Below are positions 30,005-42,139 of a stretch of 64,000 nucleotides of DNA, piece by piece. This DNA comes from Octopus vulgaris. Lineage: Eukaryota. The first letter of the stretch is position 1. Each line of letters starts with the position of its first letter. The translations under genes were made by a program, and so were the position numbers. The notes under the pieces are model-generated. The model was not told the DNA's origin and ran no database searches. It was given only the letters and a program-made list of their open reading frames with translations. Where the stretch lies: NCBI GenBank assembly GCA_951406725.2, contig OX597825.1, forward strand, positions 21,328,001 to 21,392,000, in the 5' to 3' direction.

Positions 30005-30762
30005 GTGTGTGTGTGTGTGTGTGTGCGTGTGTGTGTGTGCGTGTGTGTGTGTGTGCGTGTGTGTGTGTGTAAGTATATACATGTGTTTATTGCTATCCTC
30101 TTTCTTTATGGCCGTTTATATAAGTTTTCAATAATGTGCACACAGCACAACACACTCGCATACACCCACGATTCCCCGCATACATTAGAAAAGTAACGTT
30201 TTCCTAAGATCGCCTTACAAAATCTAACTGTCATTTTAATTTCATTGATATGTAAATATACAAGTGAGCGTAAACTTCACGTTAGCTTCTCTTCTCACGC
30301 AAACATATCCTTAATTCTTATGGAAATATCGTGAATAAATTGTTTCATCGTTCTTTTGTCGTTTTGTCTATTTTTGTTTATTTGTTTGCGATAGTTTCCT
30401 ATTCACAAATAAGTGACAGTGTATTTTTAGATCCCATGATAATGATGATTCATTAAAGTTGAAGTGGTTCACAACTCTTGCTTGCAGTCGGTGTCTATTT
30501 TTTTTTTCGTATTTCGTCAGAAAAATATAATGGATGAAATATAGTTAAAGGAATGGAAAACTCCTTAAGTTTTTGGAATTAAAGGAAGAATGTGTGGGAA
30601 TTATCTGTCATTGTTGCTAGAGATATACGAAAGGTTAAGCGGTATTCCTTCCGCCATTTTATATTCTGGGCTTACTTTCTGTCGAGGTCGACTTTATTGT
30701 TGCCCCTTTTGGGATTGATAAAATACGTGCCGGTTGAGCAGTGGATCTATGTAATCTACTTC

Positions 30763-31197
30763 GGATCTTTTCGGTTTGACCGGCAGTTTTTTCTAGCGGT
30801 GTCATATGAAATTTCACCCATAATTTAGACCCTAGTATCGATCTATTGTATTTCAATCTGTTTTAGGGTTAGGGTTAGAGTTAGGGTTAGGGTTAGAGGT
30901 GGGGGGAAGGGTATCGTTTTTTCTTCAGAAATGTAAATAAACCCAATCTGTTTCTTAGACGAGGGACATATTCATACGGCACAGAATGTTTTTCACCTCA
31001 ATAGACATCATTGATTGGTTGAACTTGCAGAAATTGAAGAAAAAACAACAACAAATATCTTACAAACTATAGAATTTTCTCAATAAAGCCAAGAGAAAAA
31101 GATGTTTTATAAACACATTCTACCAGTATACGAAGTTTAAAAGTGTTTAGTTACGTGGAAATTATTTTAAAAAACTGCCGTTCAAACCAAAAGATCC
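30763..31197. mobile_element. MITE with 8-bp TSD carrying TTAGGG repeats (Merlin- or hAT-like), inserted in a SINE B
   Basis: TIRs GGATCTTTTCGGTTTGACCGGCAGTTTTT / AAAAACTGCCGTTCAAACCAAAAGATCC and perfect TSD TCTACTTC at 30755-62 and 31198-205. Confidence 0.88.
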
Positions 31198-31561
31198 TCT
31201 ACTTCCACTAATCCCCTTAAAAATACTGGCCTTGTGCTGAAACTTGAAACCATTATTGCTAGAAATATCGTGGTCTAGTCTTATAGACTGCGATATTTCT
31301 AGTAATAATGGCTGAGTTCAAATCGACTGTAGGCGTTTCGTTGACGTCTCAGTTAATTTAGCTTCCAGGAGTAAAATACATCTACCCTCATTTGTCACGG
31401 ATTCCTCTTCTTCCCCACATCATAATAGAACATTGTTAAACGAGTCAATGATAAATGGATAAAAGAAATTATTGGAAAAATAGGTTTTGTGCTCTTAGCA
31501 TTGCTGATGGTCGGTCGTTGGGGTGCGCTTTTTCGGTTCAAACAGAATCTTTTTCTGATCA

Positions 31562-31903
31562 CTGACCCGTGTTATCACAAATAAATTCGTGATAAGCGTA
31601 ACACGGCTCGCAATTAACGTACCTTGTTATGCCGGAATTATTGATGAATGAATCTGTAATAAATGGAAATAGATATACCAGCTCAAACAGAAATGTTAAC
31701 TGCGGTAGTCTGATGAGCTATATATTTTATTACTCATTTGTTTCAGTATCCTCTTCGTTGTATGTGAAGAAAGATCCCTTTTTATTATACATCTGTTCTT
31801 GTTTATCACTGATTCAGTTAACGTTGATCTGAGATAACACGGTACGCTCAATTGCGAACCATGTTACGCTTATCACGAATTGTTCTCCGATAACACGGGT
31901 CTG
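31562..31903. mobile_element. Diverged MITE with ~70-bp TIRs
   Basis: GACCCGTGTTATC...CGTGATAAGCGTAACA pairs with TGTTACGCTTATCACG...GATAACACGGGTC. Confidence 0.7.
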
Positions 31904-32035
31904 CGATACAACACAGATTCTGCTTCTTATATTGTTTTTCAGTTACTTTTTAATCATTTACTGATCATACATTATTAACTTTAATTCCCTACATGAAACA
32001 ATATCATTATCTGTTTGGTGGTATTATTTTAGTTA

Positions 32036-32267
32036 AAGGCGGTGAGCTGGCAGAAGCGTTAGCACACCGGGCGAAATGCGTAGTCGTATTTCGACTGCCG
32101 TTACGTTCTGAGTTCAAATTCCTCCGAGGTCGACTTTGCCTTTTATCCTTTCGGGGTCGATAAATTAAGTACTAGTTATGCACTGGGTCGATATAATCGA
32201 TTTAATCCGTTTGTCTGTCCTTGTTTGTCCTCTCTATGTTCAGCCCCTTGTGGGTAATAAAGAAATA
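32036..32267 (+). mobile_element. tRNA-derived SINE family B, full length; central domain resembles the MetaSINE domain (from recall)
   Basis: A- and B-box-like head, and a 16-bp TSD GGTATTATTTTAGTTA at 32020-35 and 32268-83. Confidence 0.92.
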
Positions 32268-33179
32268 GGTATTATTTTAGTTAGTTAGCAGGAAGAACAT
32301 GGCGTCTCGGAACGAAACCGTTTATTCTGTTATTGTTCTATTATTAAGTTATCACTGATTCATTTAACATGGTGTTTTTGTGGAACCAAACATCCGTGTT
32401 AAACGAAGATAGATGTAGCTTACATCACTGCAGGAATTATTGGTACCAGGTCATTGGAGAGAATTGTAACATACAATTGAAGCTAAAGGGCTAAAACTAC
32501 GAACACTCAAAGGACTTGAACCAGCACTAATCTTAATCTGCTACCAAACTCCGATAAACTGGAGTATGGATAAGACACAACGAGAGATTTGTCTCTCATC
32601 CATAGAAGCTAAAATATCAACGTTACAGAACTATATCTTTCTTAACATAAATATTCTGTTAAGGGTGATTTTTTTTGCACGCGCACACAACCCTATGTGA
32701 CTGTGTGTGCACTTATGTGTGTGCATGAAGTGCATGTGTGTGCGTATGTGTTTGTGTGCATTGTGTGAATGTGTGTGATGTAGGAGACAAAGTTTCCCCG
32801 TGGTGGAATAAGATATGCAAGCAACGCCCCAATCGACATTTTTCATTCATGTCCAATGAAGGCTCACAAGGCCATTCATTATAATTTCTTTAGTTTTACA
32901 CAATAAATGAATATTTATGACCCGACTTTGTTAGATTACATTATTTGTTATACAGAAATGTGTTACATAAAAGATGGCAGCTTCAGCCTTTCGAATGAAG
33001 TGAACTTAAACAGAAATATTTGTAAAAGTTACTGAGAATACAAGACTCTATAGTAAAGAAAGTACATTTGGGGTGGAACGTATTAGGAAAACAGGGGCCA
33101 AACAAGACTTGGAAGTAACGGTTTGAGCTACGATAAAAAGACAGAAGGTTTCTGGATATATATATATATATATATATAT

Positions 33180-33565
33180 ATAGCAGTATCGCCCGGCGTT
33201 GCTCAGGTTTGTAAGGGAAATAACTATAAAGCATTTTTAGAGAGTTATAGCCAAAAAATAGCAAAAAAATGGGAAAAAAATGATGGTAAATTTTTTTTTG
33301 AGAGTTAAAAAAGGTCGAGTTGCGTCCCCTAGACAGTCTGTGGTTTGGGTTTCTGATTCTCGACCCCATGTCGAATTTATCGATTTTTTTCAGAACTGGG
33401 GGAACTTTTCAAAGTTTTCGCTGCGTTAGTTTTGAATTATGACATTGGGCTACGTGTGTGTCAAGTTTCATCAGAATCGGTTGAAAGCCGTGGTCAGGGT
33501 GAGGGTACAACCAAACAGACACACAGAAAAGCACACAGACAAACTGCCGTTTATATAGAGAGAGA
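33180..33565 (-). mobile_element. Non-autonomous Helitron
   Basis: The minus strand starts A|TCTCTCTCTATATAAA and ends with an imperfect GC hairpin CCTGAGCAACGCCGGG followed by CGATACTGCTA. The 3' end is shared with 56802. Confidence 0.7.
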
Positions 33566-33926
33566 TATATAGTAGGAATTATTATTATTATTACTATTAT
33601 TATTATTGAGTGAGAGAGCAGTGCATGCCATAAAAATGACATTGGGGTACAATTATATGGAGCCCAGTATACTTGTCATGATTACCCGTCTGATAAGGCC
33701 ACAGCAAGCATATGCATCACAACCCTATGTACGCGACATGGTGATTTCATATCAATATAAATATCGCATGACCTTGCAGGTGGGGCCCAGTTAGAATTAC
33801 CACGTCTTTGTTCTTTGTAGGCCATGATTTCCACAGATCTCCCAATGGATCGTTCTTGCCACGTTGTCATGGCATCTTTTGTATTCACGTTGTGCCAATT
33901 TCGGGCATTCTCTAACGATGTGCCAT

Positions 33927-34316
33927 GGATGGAAGCACTCCGTCGGTTACGACGACGAGGGTTCCGGTTGATCCGAATCAACGGAACAGCCTGCTCGTGA
34001 AATTAACGTGTAAGTGGCTGAGCACTCCACAGACACGTGTACCCTTAACGTAGTTCTCGGGGATATTCAGCGTGACACAGAGAGTGACAAGGCCGGCCCC
34101 TTCAAATACAGGTACAACAGAAACAGGAAGTAAGAGTGAGAGAAAGTTGTGGTGAAAAAGTACAGCAGGGATCACCACCATCATCCCTGCCGGAGCCTCG
34201 TGGAGCTTTAGGTTTTTTCGCTCAATAAACACTCACAACGCCCGGTCCGGGAATCGAAACCGCGATCCTATGACCGCGAGTCCGCTGCCCTAACCACTGG
34301 GCCATTGCACCTCCAC
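33927..34316 (-). mobile_element. tRNA(Arg)-derived SINE family C, full length
   Basis: tRNA-like head with a TCG anticodon-like loop, and a 13-bp TSD AACGATGTGCCAT at 33914-26 and 34317-29. Confidence 0.92.
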
Positions 34317-34379
34317 AACGATGTGCCATACCGTTTCACCCCTCTCACTGCACAATCTGCATTTGTCGCTTTCGGTAGT

Positions 34380-35160
34380 TTTGTCTATTCTGCACTTCAC
34401 GTACTTGGTTCATAAGGCTTGTTCTTGAGCTGCGCATATGAGTTCTTCTGTCTGTATCTTCAAGTCACTCCTCATCCATAGCCACCAGTCCTCTGTATTT
34501 GTCTTGGTGATCACATCTCTTGCAAACTGATCGTACATTTTTTGCTTCCATGCTTTTTTTCCTTTTTGAGCTTATTTCTTCTTTAAATTTTTCTTTCATT
34601 ACACAGTTTTCAGTTTTGATGACGCCGGCCTTCTTCGTATATTTAAACAATGGTTCCACGGCATTTTTAGTTTACCACCCTAAGCTGTTTTCCTCTGCTT
34701 CAATACAGTCTTGGCAACTGATCAGACCTCTCCCACTCTTTCTTCTGGACAAGTACAATCTATCAGCTCCATGTACTATCAACACGTTTCTGGTCTTGGT
34801 ATCCCTTTTCATCACTTCTCTCTTTTGCCATTTTATAATCCCCGCTCTAAACCGAAGTGATGCTATCACCTACGTATTAAATGTTTGGATTTTATTTCAT
34901 CCGGTCAATTTTGAGCGCAACACCAATCTTAGTCTTCGGAGATATTCCATCCTTAGTTGCTCTTTCGTTTCCTTCACCATTATCTCGTTGAATTCTAGTA
35001 CACTTTCCGTTTCAATTCGTTTAATCAGCCATGCTGGTGGTTTAGTGCTGATACTTCCAAGTGCGCCAATTGCTATTGGAATCACGTCTACTCACCTCAT
35101 TGACCACAACCTTCGTATTTCCTACTTCAAATCGTCATAGTTGTTTACATTTTCTCATTA
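34380..35160 (-). mobile_element. Decayed, rearranged R4/Dong-like (restriction-like endonuclease, RLE) LINE ORF fragment
   Basis: Peptides EYLRRLRLVLRSKL, DRLYLSRRKSGRGLIS..EAE and IPIAIGALGSI. Confidence 0.8.
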
Positions 35161-35369
35161 TATGTTTGACTTTTGCTATGTATTTGTACAAGTTGACTCC
35201 AAGTCTCACCCAGAAACCTCAAGAGACAATAATTTAGAAGTTCAAGTTGGTGTTATGACAAGGGTGTTATACTTTAGGTTTTGCACAGAATATTGTTCTA
35301 GAGAATGTCTGTCAAAATATAAGTAAATTAGAAGTTTGTTTCAAAAGTAATTTGAATAAAGCGTGATGC

Positions 35370-35409
<40 letters not shown>

Positions 35410-35706
35410 GTAATAATAATAATGATAATAATAATAATAAATGAAAATAACATCCATCCATGAATTTATTTGTTTATTAATTTTTAAATACATATTTTAT
35501 CTGTGAATTTGCGCGTGTAATCTGAGAATGCATACAATGCCCTTCTCTGCCCTAGGTGTATGGAAAACACTCGGCGAGAAACGGAAGAAAATTTGAAGAA
35601 AGAAGGAAAAAACATAATAATAATAATTATAATAATGATAATAATGATAATAATAATAATTATTACTAGAGAGCATTTATTATTATTATCATTATTATTA
35701 TCATCA

Positions 35707-35765
<59 letters not shown>

Positions 35766-37364
35766 GATCGTAGAGCTGACAGAGCCGACGGCACTCCGCA
35801 CAAAATTTTAAGGTAGCGAGCTGGCAGAATCGTTAGCACTCCGGGCGAAATGCTTAGTAGCATTTCGTCCGTCTTTACGTTCCAAGTTCAAATTCCGCCG
35901 AGGTCCACTTTGCCTTTCATCTTTTCGGAGTCGATAAATTAAGTACCAGTGAAACACTGGGGTCGATGTAATCGAGTTATCCCTCCCCCAGGGTTATTAT
36001 TATTATCGGCAAAAACGCCCTTTATATCGCTCGTTATTTTGTTGGTTTCTTGAGATGTTCAAAAGATATTAATTGTCGAGACATTTTTATATAACATTTA
36101 TTAAGCCAACCAGAACCACACAGAGCTGAGTTGGTGGACTTGCTTGTTTCTCGTTCCTGTGGGGTATAAATTTGAAAAGAATTTCAAAATTTTACTGTGA
36201 AAAATACTTTAAAAAACCCCCCCAAACAAATGGCGTCGATTTCCGCTGCCAGTGAATTGGAAGGAGAGGTGTGAGGCAACACTCAATGACAGATGCAGTG
36301 TGGGTTGAATTTCATTCTCCTCACTACAGTCTTGCGAGAAGGCTCTAACGGTTAGAATCTTCTTGCAGGACGGGTGAGAGTCTAATCAGCTAAAAGTCCA
36401 AAGATCTATAGGGTACCCCATTGCTGCTTCCCCGAACGGTAGCGACAGTAACAACAGCTAGTACATCAACAATGACGGCATAAAAATTCAAGCAACGACA
36501 CCACCACCACTAACACACGCACACACATATATACTGAAAGAGAGAGACAGAGACAGAGTGAGAGAGAGAGAGAGGGAGGGAGAAAAAAAGGGAGAGTGAT
36601 AAACACTGAGAAAGAGGGAGAGAGGGATGGATAGCTGTTAATTTTAATATGTCTAGGGTGCTTGCGAAATACGAAACGAGTACATAAATTTATGAAATAG
36701 TTTAAATTTGCAAAGAAGTAGGGAAATGGTAGGATGGGGCTGGTTGGATGAGTGGTGCGGTGGAGGTTATAGTAGGGATGGAATCCAAAGTATTCTGTCG
36801 GTGTTCCACACTAGAGCTACAGTATCGCCAAAGAGTGAAGCGTTATGCATTTATTTCTATAGTTCGGCTTTTGATCAGCTTCATTTATTCATCTCCTCGG
36901 ATAAAACCTCTTTAGACTAAATACTAGATTATACAGTAGGCACGTGAAACAGTGTTGTGGAATAAACACGGCTTTAAACCAGTTCGAATATGTTTAGGAC
37001 ATCTTTGATCTGTAAAATGTTATTTTCGTTGCAGTTTGCAGTAGAGAGTATTCATGCTTTAGGCAACAGCTGTTGAAACACGAACAGTCATTTTCAGAGC
37101 GACCCATAGGGACCGATAAATGCATTTCAAGCCCTTTGTCAATACTCAGCACCAGATACATATAGTTCAAATTAACAGAAAACAAAAAGACGAAGACAGG
37201 TGAGGGAACAACAAGCAGGTGTATTAGTTTGACACTCGGGAAGAATGGAAAAGTCTTTGACATTTCGAGCCTACGATCTTCGACAGACGAGAGGGAAGAG
37301 AGGGAAAAAAGGAAGAGAGAATAGAAAAACAGAGAGAGAATAAGATGTGTAGGGATTAACGCCT

Positions 37365-37401
<37 letters not shown>

Positions 37402-37719
37402 TTGTGTGTGTGTGCGCGTGATTATGTATGTGTGTTTGTGTTTGTGTGTGTTTGTAAGTGTGTGTGTGTGTGTGTGTGCATGTTTGTGTGTGTGTCCCCC
37501 CAACATCGCTTGACAACCGATGGGTGTGTGTTTACTATGCTTACAAAGAATAAGTCCTGGGGTCGATTTTCTCGACTAAAGGCGGTGCTTCAGCATGGCC
37601 ACAGTAAAATGACTGAAACAAGTAAAAGACTAAAAAGAGTATATATAAAATAATAATAATCCCTCGACTATCGCAGGTGTTAAGTTCCCAAATCCCTCGC
37701 GATAGGTGAAATCCGCGAA

Positions 37720-37862
<143 letters not shown>

Positions 37863-38289
37863 TGCGCCTATATTATTTCACCAACAGATGGGAAATTCGA
37901 AATGGGTATCTTCATTTAAGAAATAATTTAATTGTAAAAGAAGTATTAAGGGCTAGGGGTGGGATGGAGATGGCCATAATAGTTGTGGAATCTGAAATAT
38001 TCTGTCGTCGATCCACACTAGAGCTACCGAACATCAGGGTTTGCTTGTGAATTAGTCTCCCGGCCTGGACAAAAATCACGAACAGTCACACATTTTATTA
38101 AGAACCCTACTTAATCCCTTGTGATAGACGATCGTCATAAATCTTCTTTTGTTTAAACATTAGCTAATCCCTTGTAAAAAAAAATTGAATTGAAATGTCT
38201 ATTAACTGCTTTTGCTCCTTCCTCGTTCTTTTTGTTTTCCACCATAAAAAAAATTCATCCCAAAGTAGTGTACTGTTTTTCGCATCTGG

Positions 38290-38800
38290 GATCGTACAAT
38301 TCTTTTGATCAGTAAGCACACAAGACTGTATCACGAACGAAATTATAAGAAGAGCAGTAACAAAAATAAACATCTTAGCATTCTTCAAAATTCTCCCACC
38401 TCTAGAAAATACAACTCCGTGATGGAATACAATGCTTTTACGCTCGTTTCTGTGTGAACCTCAGCAGTTTATTGTAAATGTGTAAGACACATCAACTTGA
38501 AGGCCGCAGCTGGCTGGGTCAACAGAATGTTAAAACTATTGGCAGAAAGTTTTCTTCACCGTTGGTATTCTACTGCTAAGATTCCTAATTTAATTCTCGC
38601 TGGTTCAGCCCACCCAAATAATTGTAAACAGGCAGTAATGGCGGTGCATTTCGCCAGCTTCAGTAATGTTAAATTTATAAAAATTATGAGGAAGGATTAG
38701 TTCAGTTGGGGAACTATATGATCAGTTTAGTTTTGACACTGGCTTTAATTTAGAGACATCGTTATTGACAGCGTGCAAAGACGAAGTCTTCAGCCTCTAT
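38290..38800 (-). pseudogene. Possible highly decayed Helitron PIF1-helicase C-terminus
   Basis: Frameshifted remnants in the expected order: LLKL.., GEENFLP, FKL, FTIN, VFHHG..FSR (compare TINKSQG and VFSHGQLYVAxSR). Confidence 0.35.
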
Positions 38801-38968
38801 GAATCAAAAGCTTTACGTGACATACACTCGCCACAGTCTGTCTCTCCTCGTATCTCTCTCCCTCTCTCATGTTCATAAAATCACCTTATAGAGTTCCGGC
38901 AGAGGTAACGAGACTTAACATCTGGCCACGCTGTAAGCAGAATATATATATATATATATAAATGTATG

Positions 38969-39081
<113 letters not shown>

Positions 39082-39151
39082 GGTCGTTAAAAATGAACGT
39101 AAGTATTAAAACCCCTATTAATATAAGAATTGTGACTCTTATAAATTTGAG

Positions 39152-39207
<56 letters not shown>

Positions 39208-39861
39208 CATGATGATGTTGATGATGATAATTCTTTCTAGTGGAAGCACAAGGCCTCAAATTTTGGGGAAGGGATTAGGTCGATTACATCAACCCTAGTG
39301 CGTAACTGGTAGTTATTTAATCGACCCCGAAAATATGACATGCAAAGTCGATCTCGGGGTAGTTTGAACTCAGAATGTAACGGCTGACGAAGTTCCGCTA
39401 AGCATTTCGCCTAGGGTGCTAACGATCCTTCCAGCTCGCCAACAACAACAACAGTAGCAACAATAATCATAATACTATTTATTTATTGACCACAAGGGCA
39501 GCAAAAGCAGTCTGGACAATACGAAGACGAAGAACAGTAGGGGTTTGCATATACTCGTTTAAACAACACAATAATAATTCACAAGAAAATTGATTACAAT
39601 AAAATAGAAGGAGTACCATTCAGAGGTAAGCAAGGAAACTCACCAATTCTTGATCACTTACCATCAAGGATACCAGAGTGAGGCGCCTCTCTCTCTCTCA
39701 GCCTACACACGCAGGTTGAGAAATGGCTCATTTACGTGAGGTAGCATCGCCATACGCACCCAAATAATAATATAAAGTTAGTGAAATAATGAGAATAACA
39801 ATGTGAATATCTCGTTTTAGTGTTTGGCTTGTATGATTCTTGACTCGTAGGTTGAGAACAT

Positions 39862-40258
39862 ATTTTGTTTTATTTTGGGAGGGTCATTAAGTCAAACACA
39901 CGCATTGGTTCTATTTCATTTCTATATATTTATTTGACAATTGGCTAACCATTTAACCAATTAACTAATCGATCATTTGACTAATCGCTCGGTCAATCAA
40001 TCACTCAATCAATCAATCAATCACTCAATCAACCAATTAGTCAGCTAAGCAGACGTGGATTACAGAGGCTATGGCGCGTACGGCAACGAAAAGACTTTGA
40101 TAAACTTATCTGATTGATTCACCGAACTATCAATCAAACAATCGAATAATTAAACGGTTAAATAGTGAAGCAATTGACAAATAAAGACAAAGTAGTGAAA
40201 CAGAGGCAGTGTGTGTGTTAATTAATAACATAATGACCCTCCCGAAATACAACAAAAT
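39862..40258. mobile_element. Old fold-back MITE
   Basis: Termini ATTTTGTTTTATTTTGGGAGGGTCATTA / TAATGACCCTCCCGAAATACAACAAAAT, with further internal complementarity. Confidence 0.65.
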
Positions 40259-40773
40259 GATCATGTAAATAATATAACAATTACAGCATGAACAAATTAC
40301 AAATAGCAGTTTTGAAGTAAAACAAACATTCTTCTAAGCATTCCTTACTGCTAATACGTTAAATATCTCTGCTCTGTCTTCGAAATGCTGGCAGTGAGGC
40401 AGAATAAACCATTGAAAATAGAAACGTATATTTATGACGAAGAATGATAACGTAATTGGCACATGTCAAGAGTAATTAACTCTTCCTATCTGCGCTTTCA
40501 TAAACTTTACCAGGATATGTAGTACATAAATATTATCTCCCTCTCCTCTCCTCTTCTCTACCGCCACCCGGAATAGCTATTTAATAGAATTACTGAAGAC
40601 GGAGATTTGATGTTTACTAACATCAGATGAGATTAATATTTTCAGATTAAATCAAAAAATTATCCAGTCTACACACTCTTACACATGCTTGCATATACAC
40701 CACACTACGTCTATCTCTCTCACACCTCATATGTATCTATATATAGATATACATATATATGTGGGTGCATGTG

Positions 40774-40844
<71 letters not shown>

Positions 40845-40945
40845 TATTAAACTTCGGGATGCTAATTTTGTTACCAATTAAACACGCATTATTTATTTGA
40901 TCTTCACTTTAGTTCTTATTCGTATTATTTTTACCTTACACGTCT

Positions 40946-40988
40946 GTCAAAGTTCTTTCGTCACACATCCTGTGACTTCATCAGTGAC
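40946..40988 (-). ncRNA. Type I hammerhead motif
   Basis: Minus strand reads GUCA-CUGAUGA-A-GUCAC-aggaugu-GUGAC-GAAAG-aa-CUU-UGAC. Confidence 0.68.
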
Positions 40989-41196
40989 TCTTCCTCCCAT
41001 GTGTTCCTTCTTGTCCTAATCATTCCACACACACGCATAAACACACACACTTCAACTCCTCATGACCCCCAGTTGTTGAACGATCACCTATTTAAATATT
41101 AATATATATCCGGCTGAGTTAAAAGTAAGCAAGGTTTTGAAACTACGTTTGAATCCACTGCATGGTACTTTGGGCAAGTGTCTTCTATTATATATA

Positions 41197-41463
41197 TACA
41201 TACAAAATTTAAAGGACTGACCACTAAAAGTGGACAGTCAATATGCTAGATATAGACGTCAAAATCGCTATTTTCCACGAAAAATGTGTTCTCAAGAAAA
41301 AACTCAGCAAAAAACCAAAGTCTTGCTTATTTTTTACACTTTGGTTTTTGGTTGACTTTTTTTCTTGAGAACACATTCTTCGTGGAAAATAGCGATTTTG
41401 ACGTCTATATCTAGCATATTGACTGTCCACTTTTAGTGGTCAGTCCTTTAAATTTTGTATGTA
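41197..41463. repeat. Near-perfect fold-back inverted repeat with arms of ~120 bp
   Basis: TACATACAAAATTTAAAGGACTGACC... is mirrored as ...GGTCAGTCCTTTAAATTTTGTATGTA. Confidence 0.92.
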
Positions 41464-41561
41464 AAAAATATTTTTAATCTTCGGATTTTTTTAATATGCT
41501 AGGCCACTTGTTTTAATTGATTAATATCAATTTCTACCCTTATTCAATTTTATATATACAT

Positions 41562-41635
<74 letters not shown>

Positions 41636-41987
41636 ATATGTATGTGCATATATATATATGCATGTTTATATATATATATATACATATACGCTTGATATAT
41701 TTATTCGCCTGTGACTGACCACCAATTATAGTCGGACATAGAGAGTTCTTGCCTATTTTATTGTAAATATTTCACTGAGTATTCTCAAAGACTGTTCCAA
41801 ATATCAATATATCAATCTGACCTTAGTAGAAAATACGCCATACCCTTCGTAACATAACCCAGACTACAAGAGGACCTCCCAGGTCGGCTGTACGCTATTT
41901 GATGAGCGTCGATGATGACTGGTTGTTTGCAGATTTCACTAGGCTCACAAATTCCGGTCATTCAATATTTGCAATTGCGCGCATGTA

Positions 41988-42020
<33 letters not shown>

Positions 42021-42108
42021 ATGTATGTATGTATGTATGTATGTATGTATGTATGTATGTACGTATGTATGTATGTATGTTTGTACGTACGTAGTACCTA
42101 TCTATCTA

Positions 42109-42139
<31 letters not shown>

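Noticed and set aside
30863-30900. True telomere or chromosome fusion site
   Set aside because: The tract is short and lies inside a TIR element with a TSD.
34520-35140. 206-aa plus-strand ORF
   Set aside because: It is the antisense shadow of the minus-strand LINE fragment.
38164-38388. Signal-peptide-like ORF MFIFVTALLIISFVIQS
   Set aside because: It has no splice donor, degrades into A/T runs, and lies at the end of a probable Helitron helicase remnant.
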